Notes under the pieces: model-generated
What the model was told of the DNA's origin: nothing
The model's input: the letters and a program-made list of their open reading frames with translations, nothing else
The model's database searches: none
Translations under genes and position numbers: made by a program
Shown: positions 49,935-63,500 of the stretch, piece by piece
Position numbering within the stretch: position 1 is the first letter of the stretch
Layout of the letters: each line of letters opens with the position of its first letter
Assembly: GCA_002633005.1 (NCBI GenBank)
Contig: NMRA01000584.1
Coordinates: 192,495 to 256,494, forward strand
DNA length: 64,000 nt
Direction: 5' to 3'
Source: Phoronis australis
Taxonomy: Eukaryota; Animalia; Phoronida

Positions 49935-50851
49935 GCAAAATGATGATCAAATTCTATTTGATACAAATTTTCAAGATGAAATCTCAAGAAAGCTGTCAGA
50001 TACAGTTTTCTATCATTTTATTTCCCTTTTATGTAATTTCAAGAGCTTTTCATGAAAATCGTGAAAGTGTTATTTATTGATAGCCCCTCGTGCAAACGTC
50101 GAATCTCTTAAAACTGATCCCAACATTCCAATGATTGTTTTGGAGAACAGTGCATAAAGAAAGTTTTGTATGGATCTGATCAGTCATTTCTGAGATACGA
50201 TGTTCTCAAATTAGATAACTTTGAACTTTGTCCTATGGTCCTATATTTGACCTCAACAACACTGAAGTCATATTTGACACATCAATAAAAATTTGAGAAA
50301 GCTGGTCAAATTTGACCGCCGGGGCTCACAATTTGTGCATGGTGGGATGCAATTCTCAAAAAGCCTGGTGCAGAGAACGCTGGATTAGTTGAACTAGTGT
50401 CAAGATGATTGAAGTCACATCAAATTTTAGAGTGTTTACTAGTAAAGGTAACTGTTCTGATTTAAATGATTTAATTGTTGCTCCCACAAACAGTGTTCTC
50501 CAGAACAGAAAATTCAAACTTGACTAGAATGACAAAATCTGTGTATATGTACGAAAGTCCCATGCCTGTACTATGGGTAGTTTGAGTGTCTTGCATAAAT
50601 ATAGAACTGGCACCCACTATAAGTTCAATGATCTAATTTACTAGAAATGACCAGTATCCCAATACTTCAAACTCATTGCATGGGATTTCGAGCTCGACTC
50701 AGGTTCCAAGACAAACTCGTAATGACAAGACTCAACTAGATGCAGTGACGAGCAAAAACAGGTTGTGGAGAACATTATACCTGTTACAGACCCCACTGCC
50801 AAACCTGCAATAGCATGAAAACAGAAGCCCAGCCCATAAGACAAAACTTAC

Positions 50852-51674
50852 ACATAAATTGGTTGTCAGTCACTGCACTATTGCAGGCAATGCGCTCTGC
50901 GAAATCAGCTGCGTACTCAACTTTAAGGTGCTTAACAATACTGCCAAGTGCTATGGGAAACATCGGCTTGGCATTATCCAGATCAATGGAGCCTATGATG
51001 CTGAACAGAGTCAACACATTTTTCTGGGCATTTTCTGAACTGCTGGCCCTCCAAATGGATCCGATGACAGAGGCCAATTTCTCCACATACATTTCAAATT
51101 CCTTCATTTCATTGACGATGCTCACCCCAGCACCTTTGGCTTGAAAGTGCTGTCTGCTTATTATCCACAATAAAACATCACACAATGCAATGGTGTCATT
51201 TCCAATTGGAGCGCAGTCAACAAATTCCATCAAGAGATCTGATAGTGTCACAGCTGTTTCTAAGTCCTGATTGGCTTTTAGAAAACCAGTCACATGATCG
51301 CCAATGATTACGCAAACATTACTTAAAGAGGAGTCTCCTTTCTTACTCAGTAATCGCAGTGATTCTGATACCATTAAGAGGGTCCTGTGTCGTTCACCTT
51401 GGGTGAAGATATATGTAATAATGTCCGGCTGAGACCACAAAGCAAAGAAAGAGCTCAAGTTGTGCAAAGCCCACTCCTTGTAAACGTTCAACGCCTCATT
51501 CCAATGTTCTTGATGGTCGGTCTTGATGCTGTACTCAAGGCAAACTTTGATCACATTGTCTATAACTTCTGTACTTTGTGGCGACCTGGCTGCCATTACA
51601 ATCTTGCTCAACAGAGCTCTCTTGATGTCAGGTTTAAAGGTCGACTGGAAGATTCCCACCACGATTTTATCCAT
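50852..51674 (-). CDS. USP38: USP35/USP38-like first coding exon
   Basis: MDKIVVGI..IKRALLSKIV resembles the USP38/35 start MDKIL; GCCATGG Kozak context; acceptor at 51689; T|gtaagt donor; total CDS 3018 nt. Confidence 0.92.
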
Positions 51675-52279
51675 GGCAAAAATAATGACCTGAAAGAACA
51701 TATTGAATTTTCATGAGTACGAGCACTTACAGTTAGCCATTATACTCAATTTTAGTAAAAGTGAAACTAGTATGTCATACGCACACAGCTAGATCATTAC
51801 CTAATTTGAACAAAGTTCTGAGTTGCAGTGCTTCACTAAAATAACATTTCTGGTCCACTTGGACCTAACTTCCAAATTTTATGAACTAAAAAGAAGGACA
51901 AACTGTAAAATATATAGCTAAAAATAGTGTTGATTCAGCATGCAATATCTGTGGTTCCAGCATCAGATTATGATTCGTTTTTCTCCAATGAAAGATAGTT
52001 AATTATCTGCAAGAATTAAGCATTTTAAAATGTTTCCCTATGATGCTATATATCTAAATGCATAATTGTAATTGCTATCTTCCTAAAATGAGCACATGTA
52101 ACATCAAAAAATGCAATGTTTCTTGTAACTTGCAGCACTCTAAAATTTCAGAGGCCAATATAATCATCCCTTTGAAGAATTCATTGACAATAGTACAATG
52201 CACTCACCACTTGGGAACAAAATTTAATGATATATATGTGGACATAAATACATGGAAACACCCCATAACATGACTTTAA

Positions 52280-52722
52280 AGGCGAAGACAACCTTTTTTC
52301 ATGTCATTTTTAGCAAAAATAAGGTTTGTTGGTTATCCCAGACATATGTATGTTCTCTACTCCAGAAGTGACGTTTTGGGAGGCAAGTGGGACAGTTGTT
52401 CCTCTGTCCGTCAGAAGATAATGAGAACATCCCAGTACGCAGTAACAGTGTGGCATGTTGACTGACTCGTATACAAAAGCAAACGACGACCAAACTTATC
52501 ACAACTGAGGTAGATCAATGACTGATTCGACAGCTCTCATAGTCAGACTATATGAAAAGAAATTGGAGCGAAATTCTTGCCTCCCAAAACATCACTTCCG
52601 GAGTAGAGAACGAATAATTAATTAAATTACGAAAAGATATAACTAAGTGGAAAATATTTCTGGGATAACCAACAACCCTTATTTCTTGCTAAAAAAGACA
52701 AGCAAAAAGGTTGCCTTCGCCT
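52280..52722. mobile_element. Kolobok-type MITE with long TIRs
   Basis: TTAA TSDs 52276-52279 and 52723-52726; AGGCGAAGACAACCTTTTT / AAAAAGGTTGCCTTCGCCT, with imperfect pairing continuing >100 bp. Confidence 0.8.
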
Positions 52723-55003
52723 TTAATTGCAATTATACCCTGATCATGAACAAGGCGAATACACATGTACAGTTACGAAACTGGACTTTAATTGTTCCTA
52801 ATTTAAATTGTCCCTAATTGTAGTGATTTCAGGGATCCCAAAGAACTATATATCAGTTACACCTCATAAAATTTCAGGTCAGGTAGTGAACTGACAATTT
52901 ATGAACTTTGTCCTCCAGAACCCAGACATCACTTACTAAGACAGACTATGGAACAAAATGAAGAGTATCTGAGGAATTATAAGAATTTTAGAATGCCATG
53001 TTGAGTATCCTGAATTAATACTACAAATAGCAATACGTAGCTAACAGTTTGGGTGAAAGCGAGCAATACGAAATTTATATCACAAAGCTTATGTCATTAA
53101 AAGCTGCATTGTTCCTTGAGCTTAGTTGTGGAGAACTGAAAAGAAAAGCAAACATTGATAATAGTCGGATAGGTGGGTCCTGATTTAAAATTAATTAGAG
53201 AACCATGCACTTACTACGACTGAATGACTAGCGTTAAATCAGGGACCCTCGTCATTCACTAACTGTGTTTTGACGGTCAGACACAGCTCGATAGCCTCGT
53301 TCTTGGTACGAAACTATACAACTTTTACAATTTTCTTTTTTGACGCTAAGTCTCCAAACTAGTCACATACACCTGAGCATATCTGTTTCTCGATCACCAG
53401 TGACATCACTCATAAAACATAAAGCTTGGACAATAAACATCAGTTTGCTCAGAATTTTCTAGTCAAATGTGAAGTGTCCAACCCACAGGGAGAAGAACTT
53501 CCCGATGACTCACAACCATCTTAAAAACATAAAGGTTGAACACTAAAACTTTGCCGTGTTTAGACTCCCAACTTCAACTGTACTAAATCCAAATAAAATC
53601 TGCATGCACCTTCTTCAGACTGGTATTCCATAGACCTCTGAAGCCTTCATTCGTCCCCTGATCCCATTAAAAAGTCTTTATGAGAGGTGAATTGGTGACT
53701 CAATTTCAAAAACAATCAGAAAACTCTTGATTCACGGAGATTTAATAGTTAAATAAGACGGATTTTAGCTGCGCTTTAACTTGTATGCCAGCTGTCATAG
53801 ATAAAAATTCAAGTTTGAGCAAGCAATCTCTATGTTAAATTCAAGAAATTTGTACCCAATTTAAATGACGTGGATAATAAAATAAGCCCTCCACTTAATG
53901 TGCAGAACTGTTAGCTTGTTCTTATAGCTCATTTAACCTAGAATTTAATTGCACGAGCTGGCAAATAACTTGTATTTGACCTTGGCATTATGTGCTTGGT
54001 TCGAGTACAACCTAGACTCGGTTTTTGGGAGAGATATCCAACGTATAACCACACATTTAGATGTGCGAAATCCGGCAGTTGATGATTGGTGATTTCACAG
54101 TAGGATTATCATTGTTAGTAGTCAGCAATCCGTGGTTCTTCGTTTATAAACAATGTTATATTACAAAACCATTTAAAATGATACTAAATTATGTGGGGGC
54201 ACTCAAATAACATTCATGGGCATGCGAAAACAGAGCTTCACAGTTGCTTCAGGAACGTTTGAGAAAAAATGGATGCCTGTGGCTATGTAAGGAAGCCATC
54301 TATTACAAAACAGCCTCCTTGAATTTGCGATTTAGGTGTTTTTTTTTGGCATTATTGTCGTCAAATCACCACCCAAAGACAACTTGTTGCGATCAAGTGA
54401 AAGCAAGTATTCAAAGGTTTGTTCAATGCTGATTTCGGACAGTTCATGCACACCGAGAAAAAATTCTGAGGAAACCGATTTTTAGGGTCCAACCTTCATG
54501 TTTTATTAGTAGTGGTGACCGAGGAATAGATCAACTCAAGTGTCCTTGTGTTTATTATATGGTTATGAGTCATCGAAAAATTCGTCCGCCTGTGATATCA
54601 GCTCATAGTTAGCTGGCCGAGTAGAGTGAGTACTGAGTAGCCAGCCATAACAAAAGCCAAAACTCATCAACAGAAATTGTGTATAGGTTACCGACGCTAG
54701 GGTTTAATGCCACTTAAGAACATTACATTCTAGAGGGTATATCTGACCTGGCCTTTTAATACAATTAGTAGTTGTTGTTCACACAAATCATAGAAACTTA
54801 CGACAAATTCCTTGGCGTTCACACCTTACATTACAGACAACTTAAAAATGGTACTTCCGGTGAACGCCACCTATCAATTATTCGTCGGCCTACACCAGTA
54901 AACCAACAGTAGCATGTCTGTGTGTAATCTTACTGATATCAGGTCCGAGTTATTCATACATGTTACCACACATGGCAAGTTTCAGTCAATAGTATGACAT
55001 TAC

Positions 55004-55095
55004 CGTGCATCAAAAGCACTGCCAAGTGACCAACTGAACTTCGTTCTACTGCTTCCGAACGGACACGCTCTGTCACAGCGCCACCTGGCACTGGG
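55004..55095 (-). promoter_or_regulatory. Candidate non-coding first exon and promoter of the USP gene
   Basis: - strand donor ACG|gtaatg at 55004/55003; ETS-like CTTCCG motifs; CTCF-like GCCAGGTGGCGCTG at ~55077-55090. Confidence 0.4.
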
Positions 55096-55148
55096 AAAGT
55101 GCGAAACGCCACTCGGTGCTTGTGAACTTGGACTCGATCTTAATTGTT

Positions 55149-55602
55149 GCCGGTTGTATCAGATGAAACGGTCCCAAATAGGGACTCAACTAAGGTCCCT
55201 AAGTCTTTTTGCATATTTGTGTCTTTACGGACTCACAGATGAAATATGTTTCTATCTTTTCATCTTGATTATGAGCTCCTCATGACATTTTCTAATAATA
55301 TAACTAAAAACTGAGCCCACTACTAAAATGAGAGTCATCGAAAATAATTAGGGACTCACTCAGTCCTTAAATTGGGGGTGTTGCATGAAAAGATCCCTAA
55401 TCATTTTCGATAATATTGACAATTTAACGTAGAGTTCACTCTCGATATGTTTCAAAGTCAAAAATTGACTTAGTAATGAAACTAAGGCAATACATGTACA
55501 AGAAAGGGCAACAGTATATGTTTTCACACAAGTCCAAAAATACGCCTTAGGTTTTAGGAAAATTAGTTGAGTCCCTATTAGGAAATGTTTCATGCAACCG
55601 GG
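55149..55602. mobile_element. PIF/Harbinger-like MITE
   Basis: GCCGGTTG..ATGAAAC..AATAGGGACTCAACTAA inverted to TTAGTTGAGTCCCTATT..GTTTCATGCAACCGG. Confidence 0.65.
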
Positions 55603-56551
55603 CACTAGAATCTACTCTCAAGATCGCGTGAGCGTGAATTTGATTTGAAGGAGAAAACGAAAATAACCGTGACCACGTTCCAAATGTTCATACTACAAAA
55701 AGCAAAATGTTCCGAGAGTGGCGTCGATGAAATATCCCACGAGACAAGAGGCACGTAGCGGTACCCGTTCCCGGATGCGCCTGGACTGACGCCCGGCGGC
55801 CGGAGACCCACCGAAGGGCGAGGTTGATACACGGAATATCGAAGCCATGCAGTCGCGGTACGCCGTTTTGTATTAATCCTATCGCTTCGAATAACCAAGT
55901 TTCTTTCATTTTTTGGCAGATTTTTTAAATACTTCACCAAGCCTGTTCACGTAGCGGAGGCCTAGAACTGAGCCGGTACCGCATGAGGTTATACAAGTTT
56001 TCTCTGCCCGGAAACGAGAAACAGTTTTAACGTAAGGATCTAGCTGTTACTCGAAACGAGATGAAAACAAAGGTAATTGTGCACTGCCAAATTTACAACA
56101 CTTCCTGAAAATAGTTAGATAATAACAATATTTGAAAGTTATACCGAGGACTGAAGTTGCAGAAGACATACGCGGTAATATTTAGCAATTGAATTTAATT
56201 GCCAGAAGTGTCATAATATAATTAACACTGAATTTTCGCCAGATGTTCGTTTGGGACTTGGTTGCATGTTGAGTGTTATTTATACTGCTGCATAACTAAC
56301 TAAAACTATTTTGGGAAAGTTTCCTGATCGAACCGGCTAACGACCGGCGAGTCGACATTGGCCCGACGAGCTTTCGATGTCAGAGGTGCACTGTTGAAGC
56401 AGTGAGGGAGGTGAATACGGAATACATTATTATATGGCTGTATTGCACTTGATTGATTCAACGCGTAGGCTATAGTATAATTAAAAACTCACTGCACCGT
56501 GTCAAATTATTGAATCATGTAAATTTTAACCCGGCAAACTTTTTTTTCAAC

Positions 56552-57322
56552 CATTACGGAGTTTTCCTGTCGCTCCCAACTAATATTCGATTCTATAGCC
56601 CAACAAAAGCCAAGGCGACTGATTAACTCCATTCTGGCATTCATGGTTGGAGAACGGGCTCTCTTTTGTTCGATAATTGCTCTAATATCCGATCAGGTCG
56701 TGTCTAGCCTGACTGGGCTGTACTGTTGAAAATGAAAGTTAAGTTATAACATATTTCAACAAACCAATGAGCTATACCAGGTATAGCTCATTGAACAAAC
56801 TAATAGCACTGCTGAAGTGAATTTACCAGACGAAGGGGATTCTGAGCGTGTGATAACATCTAACTTCTTTGTAAACTGCCAAGCAGAGTCTTTTGTCTGT
56901 TATGACAGCAGGCAGGCCAACTCTCTTTTGTTCGATAATAGCTCTTATCTCCACTAAGATCATATCTAGCCAGACTGGGCGGTGCTGTTAAAAATAAAAG
57001 TCAAGATATAACAGTTAGAACATGAACCAATAGCGTTTCTGAAGTCTTCGTCAAATGGTGATCATGTTTAGTTTTTGAATCGCCAAAATCGGCCAACTAC
57101 AAACGAAGTTACGACCATTTATTCTTTCCGAACGTACCAATTCAATTTGGGTTTGGCTGTGTTCACACGTGGTCTGTAATAAGCACGGTACATAATTGGC
57201 CTGCCTGTTGTCATACCAAACAAAAAAACTGTGCTTGGTAGTTAACAAAGAAGCTAAATGTTATCACACGGTTACAACCCTCTACGTATGGTAAAGTCAT
57301 TGAACGGGAAAACGACGTCATG
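56552..57322. mobile_element. MITE, second copy of the 6480-8421 family, internally rearranged
   Basis: CATTACGGAGTTTTCC / AACGGGAAAACGACGTCATG TIRs; internal homology to 6480-6763 and 8172-8421. Confidence 0.75.
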
Positions 57323-57449
57323 AAGTCAAGTGCTTTTAGTGCGGACGGAGAGAAATCTTCGAACAGTGAATTCTAGAGAATTCAAGCATCCTAGCCGACT
57401 AATCGCTTCGTGGCTTGAATCATTGCAGCTCAACTCCCGTTTAGAGCGT

Positions 57450-58005
57450 ACGTATTCCTAACGATACCAGTTTTCAGTTAGAGTCTTGAGGTCATGTTTT
57501 TTGTCGACAGGCTCAGTCTTTTATCCCATGTCATGACATAAACAGCAGTATCACGCTGATTGATTACATTAACGTATATACTCATGGACTGAAAACTTTT
57601 GCTAACAAACAAAAAACCATCGTCGCGATTTGCCCAACCTTAATCGCATTTCTTTCTGAAAGAAGGGTTCTACACTAACTTCACGAGGAGTTCAATTCCA
57701 GTACGTTTAAAAAATATCAGTTTCTGTCCTGGATATTTCATTTCACTTCAGCCAGTAATTTATTGACAGAAGACATCAGTAATGCAACAATTGCCTTGTA
57801 CAACACACAGGAGCTTAGGTCAACGTTCGTGATATCAAGGGAGGAAAACGACACCGGGTATTCCTGTTGATGTAGAGAAGCGATGTCCAACATCATGATA
57901 TCAGTGAACGGCCCGGTGTCCTCAGTAATGGTTTTGCTAGGTAACTATCAGTCAAAGAATATACTACCAAACATGCTACGCTCATTCCCATGATTTTGCG
58001 TAGCC
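57450..58005. repeat. Dispersed repeat, related to 20820-21465
   Basis: Co-linear shared blocks. Confidence 0.6.
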
Positions 58006-60580
58006 TTTCATGATTTAGATTATCTTGTCAAAAGCGTGACTTTTGGTCTATGGAATGCCCGTTTAGCTTTGCATGGAGTCCTGCAAACTTTCAGGGACTT
58101 TCGGAATGTTTTGCTTTCACAGTTCTTACGTAACATAGTTGGATTATAAAAGAAGATTTCTATGTTGTACTCCGTAATATTTATGGTGAAATATTCAGAG
58201 TCCAAAATGACAGAAACGTGCCACTTATATTATGTCATCAATCCGCAACATAAAATCCTTTGCGTGTTCCTCGATTCCATGTAGTATGGAAATTACTGTA
58301 TTTCTTTTCAGTTGTCTCCATTAATATAGAGGCGCTCAGCGGGCTCTCAAAGTCAGAGAGGGCACTTGACTAAATTCTGACGTTGTTTGTTAAAAACTTC
58401 AAATTGCCGGAAGTAAGTGTTGAATATACAGATTTGTCTTTATGTATTGATGACGAACTACTATAATTTTGTAAGGCTATTTTTAGTAAGTCGGTATTTT
58501 CATTCGGGTGAGTATTTTGATAGTTCCGCATTGTGTCGCCTATTCACTTTTCATCTGCAAAAATCTCGTTAATCTTTAATATGGCTCAGTCACTCAGAAG
58601 AATATTTTATCCCTTTTTGAAGAGAACCGTCGAATTCACATGCGCGCACCCAGCCTAAATCATAGGGGGCTCGAGTTTTTCGATATGCGAACCTTTTACT
58701 GAAAGAAATCAACGTGGACTAAAAAACGGGGCCACTTGATTCAGGCCCACGAATTGTGCGTCCGCGCCGACTTCCCGTGGATTTTGTGAACATTTGTTTC
58801 ACTGAGGCGGACCTTTTTGCCCCCCCCCCCTGGGTGCGCCCATGATTCAGGTGATTCAAATCTCTACGTAACCGTAGTTAGGGTGACTTTTATGTAAGTC
58901 GGGTAAAATCGCTCTACTACCACGATTTTTCCAGTTGGTGACAGTTTATTAAAAAAAGTTGCCAAGGCTTTTTATATTTTCAGAATCAATGTAGAACTTA
59001 CAGAATATATCCGATGCATTGTTTTTATTGGGGCATCTTGCTGAGTTACAGTTATCACAGGACAGTTTCAAAACCGGAAGACGGCGACCCATTGGCGTCT
59101 TTCTTTCCTCACGAAAACAACATTTTTTGATAAGGACTTGCATATCTTTTTCACTGCATTTTCTATTGCGAAATATATCTCCTTTCTTACATGTTTCTAG
59201 TAAACGATTCAGCATTACTCATGCGTTATGTATGTCAGACTGAATGAAACAGCAACCGACATGCAACTCGACACACAGGTGTGCACATTTGGGGCTCAGG
59301 CAATTCAGAATATAGGATACAATAATTATCTTCTGAAACAGGGCCAAACACATTTTGTGAAGCTGTGTTTACTTTCCCAGGCCAACTGGCATAGTTGTAT
59401 GACTACGATGTACATGTAGAGTTCACAGAGAAGTGCTTTCACTGGCCTTGCAGCTTCAAAAGTCCTATTGTGTGTGAAGGACATCCATGTTTTACACTTA
59501 CCGTCCGCAAAATTCTAAGCCACTATGGGAACTAGTTACCCCTCTAAACCCAAGTGCATGCAAAGACCTTTATGATAATAAAGACGGCGTTTGCATATCG
59601 TTGAAAAAACAAGAACATATATATTTTACAGACAGGGTAGCTTATCAACCCCTTGCCCCCGGCTAAAGAACACTTGTTGCGCAGGGAGCCCCTACCATTT
59701 TGTCAACTCACATTCCACGCACTGGACTGCGGGCGTTGTATTGCAAGTAGGTCTTGCGTTGCGTGGTAATGTTATCAAGCGTGTGGTAACGTGCAACAGC
59801 CCTAGGGAAGCATCGAATTTAGTGATAGAGTGAGAGAACTTGTTAAGATTTCTTCCGAATGCTTATGACTAAACAAATGTGTCATTCGATCTCAGTGCTG
59901 AAGCCAAAATATATTTACAATATGCCGTAATATATTGTTATTTGAACAAAGAGCTTGATGTGCACATCGAAAATGTGTTGCTAAGCCGCCGATTCACTGA
60001 AAAATAACTGCTAATTATTTCCGTCACCCATAAATATCTTGCATGCTCTGCCCTGCAATCTTCTCTAAAGTCAATCGAAACTTAAATGAACATAGGATGA
60101 TTGGTCATTTCAAGTACGTGCTCTCCACACTAGCTGCTTCTGTGATTCACCGCCTTGCCACAGGGGCTGAATATTTGGTCAAGTGGCTTTGTTTAAACGA
60201 TCAGTCCAGAGCAACAGAACGAATTGACAAAACAAAATATTGCTTCTTAGGTCACAATTAGCAGTCTCTAAAGTTGCTTATGGCGATGCCGACTTCATTT
60301 GTTCTTCGAGTTCACGTTAGAGGCAATCTTGGTCGCACATGCAGCACAAATAACCACGGTACCCACCGCCACTCCACCGGCAATCATGCACTAAGGCCGC
60401 TGCTCCTAAAAAGAAAATGGTAGAAACGTGTTTGAACCAAGCAAAATCTTGTATTGGCATCCTGTTTTTAAAAATTTGCTCACCTACCTAACTTAAAGAT
60501 AGTCTTCACTTTGCTCGTCAAGCTACATGTACATGTATATGAATGTGCTGTGATTTACAATCTAGTGTACACTGTATAAT

Positions 60581-63500
60581 TTACTCTGCGCGTGTAAGCG
60601 CAGAGTACTGTTGTTCCTGGGTTTTCTTCAATTTTATTACTCTGCGCGTGTAAGCGCGGAGTACTGTTGTTCCTGGGTTTTCTTCAATTTTATTCTTCTT
60701 ATTCTTCTTATTCTTATTCTTCTTCCGACCGAATTTGAGGCTTAATAACTCCAAATTGGGTGAAGGTACGGTTTTTAAATTCAGCATATGACTTTTGGCA
60801 GTATATAAATTTTGATTGCTTATATAATCATATTCCATATTGCACCGGAAGAGGTCGCTTGATGCAAAGGTCATACAATTTTCAAAATGCTATTCCTCCT
60901 TCAGTTTTAAAGCTATCTTTTTCAAATTCGGTGCACAGGTATATGTCAACATGACAATTTAAAAATTTACTTTTCTAAGTAATCGGGTCATCCAATTAGG
61001 TGAAATAGGTCAAAGGTCATTAGGTACAAACTAAAATTTTGAGCTAGACACTTCTGATTGCCACAGGTAAATCAAATCGGAATCCAAAGTTTCAGGTTAT
61101 TTAGTGCAAACATGGGGTCATTAGGTGCATTTTTCTTCTGAAAATTTGACCGTTTCAATCAGCAAGTATTTTGATTTGTCAACCGTTAGACACCTGTGAT
61201 TCTCAGCGTTAAACACATTTTCCATGGGCTTTGCAATAATTCTCATGAAGATGCTTAAATTGCACCGGATAAGGTCAATTAGTGCAAAGGTCATGTATCG
61301 TTCAAGATGCTAGATCTCTTACGTTTTTCAAGGAATTCTTTTCAATTTCAGCACACTGGGGTAAGTCAACATGCCAATTGAATACCCTACTTTACTTCAC
61401 AATAGGCTTAACCAATCAGAAAAAATAGGTGAAAGGTCATTGAGTGCAAACTAAAATTTTGAGCTAGAGACTTCAGAATTACGTATCTGTTTACTAAGTG
61501 CGATTGAGTATGAATTCTAAATTTTCAGGTCATTTGGTGCACCCATGGGGTCATTAGGTGCATTTTTCTTCTGAAAGTTTGACCACTTCATTCATCTTGT
61601 ATTCTGAAGTGCTTAAATTAAACATCTGTGATTATTAGCATTAACCACACTTTTAATCGTTTTAACAATTACTCCCTCACCGGGGCTCATATTGCACCGG
61701 ATGAGGTTAATTAGTGGAAAGGTCATCAAAAAATTAATATGTAATTTCTCCTACAATTTTAAAGAATTCCTTCTCATATCCGTAAACGGGTTGCTGTCAG
61801 TAACTTCCCATAATTCCAGTAAGACGCACGCGCAGCGTCCGTTATTGTCACGCCTTGACAATAACCTTTCTAGTCTTCTTATTCATCTTATTCTTATTCT
61901 TCTTTCGACCAACTTTGAGGCTTAATAACTCCAAATTGGGTGCAGGTACGGTCTTTAAATTCAGCATATGACTTTTGACAGTATATAAATTTTGATTGGT
62001 TATATAACAAGATTCCATATTGCACCGGAAGAGGTCGTTTGGTGCAAAGGTCATGTAATTTTCAAAATGCTACTCCTCCTTCAGTTTTAAAGCTATCTTT
62101 TTCAAATTCGGTGCACAGGTATATGTCAACATTACAATTTTAAAATTACTATTCTAAGTAATCGGGCCATCAAATCAGGTGAAATAGGTCAAAGGTCATT
62201 AGGTGCAAACTAAAATTTTGACCTAGACACTTCGAATTGACAGTTCTGATTGCCACAAGTAAATCAAATCGTAATCCAAAGTTTCAGGTCATTTAGTGCA
62301 AACATGGGGTCATTAGGTGCATTTTTCTTCTGAAAATTTGACCTTTTCAATCAGCAAGTATTCTGATTTGTCAACCGTTAGGCACCTGTGATTCTCAGCG
62401 TTAAACACATTTTCCATGGGCTTTGCAATAATTCTCATGAAGATGCTTAAAATGCACCGGATAAGGTCAATTAGTGCAAAGGTCATGTATCGTTCAAGAT
62501 GTTAGATCTCTTTTTTTCAAGGAATTCTTTTCAATTTCAGCACACTGGTGTAAGTCAACATGCCAATTGAATACGCTACTTTACTTCACAATAGGCCTAA
62601 CCAATCGGAAAAAATAGGTCAAAGGTCATTGAGTGCAAACTAAAATTTTGAGCTAGAGACTTCAGAATTACGTATCTGTTTGCTAAGTGCGATTGAGTAT
62701 GAATTCTAAATTTTCAGGTCATTTGGTGCACCCATGGGGTCATTAGGTGAATTTTTTCTTCTGAAAGTTTGACCACTTCATTCATCTTGTATTCTGAAGT
62801 GCTTAAAGTAAAACATCTGTGATTATTAGCATTAACCACACTTTTAATAGAGTTAACAATTACTCCCTCACCGGGGCTCATAATGCACCGCAAGAGGTCA
62901 ATTAGTGGAAAGGTCATCAAAAAATTAATATGTAATTTCTCCTACAATTTTAAAGAATTCCTTTTCATATTGGTAAACGGGTTGCTGTCAGTAACTTCCC
63001 ATAATAATTCCAGTAATACGCACGCGCAGAGTCCGTTATTGTCACGCCGTGACAATAATCTTTCTAGTTACTCTGCGCGTGTAAGCGCAAAGTACTGTTG
63101 TTCCTGGGTTTTCTTCAATTTTATTCTTATTCTTATTATTCTGCGCGTGTAAGCGCAGAGTACTGCTGTTCCTGGGTTTTCTTCAATTTTATTCTTATTA
63201 CTCTGCACGTGTTCATGTAAGCGCAGAGTACTGTTGTTCCTGGGTTTTCTTCAATTTTATTCTTATTCTTATTATTCTTCTTCCGACCAAATTTGAGGCT
63301 TAATAACTCCAAATTGGGTGCAGGTACGGTCTTTAAATTCAGCATATGATTTTTGACCGTACATAAATTTTGATTGGTTATATAATCATATTCCATATTT
63401 CACCGGAAGAGGTTGTTTGGTGCAAAGGTCATATAATTTTCAAAATGCTACTCCTCCTTCAGTTTTAGAGCTATCTTTTTCAAATTCGGTGCACAGGTAT

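Noticed and set aside
17502-51689. Minor-spliceosome (U12) or non-canonical introns
   Set aside because: All modelled introns are GT-AG and none has the RTATCCT donor
58949-59215. Cys/Lys-rich 88-aa ORF as a possible zinc-binding protein
   Set aside because: No recognisable motif spacing or supporting splice structure; cannot be supported without a search
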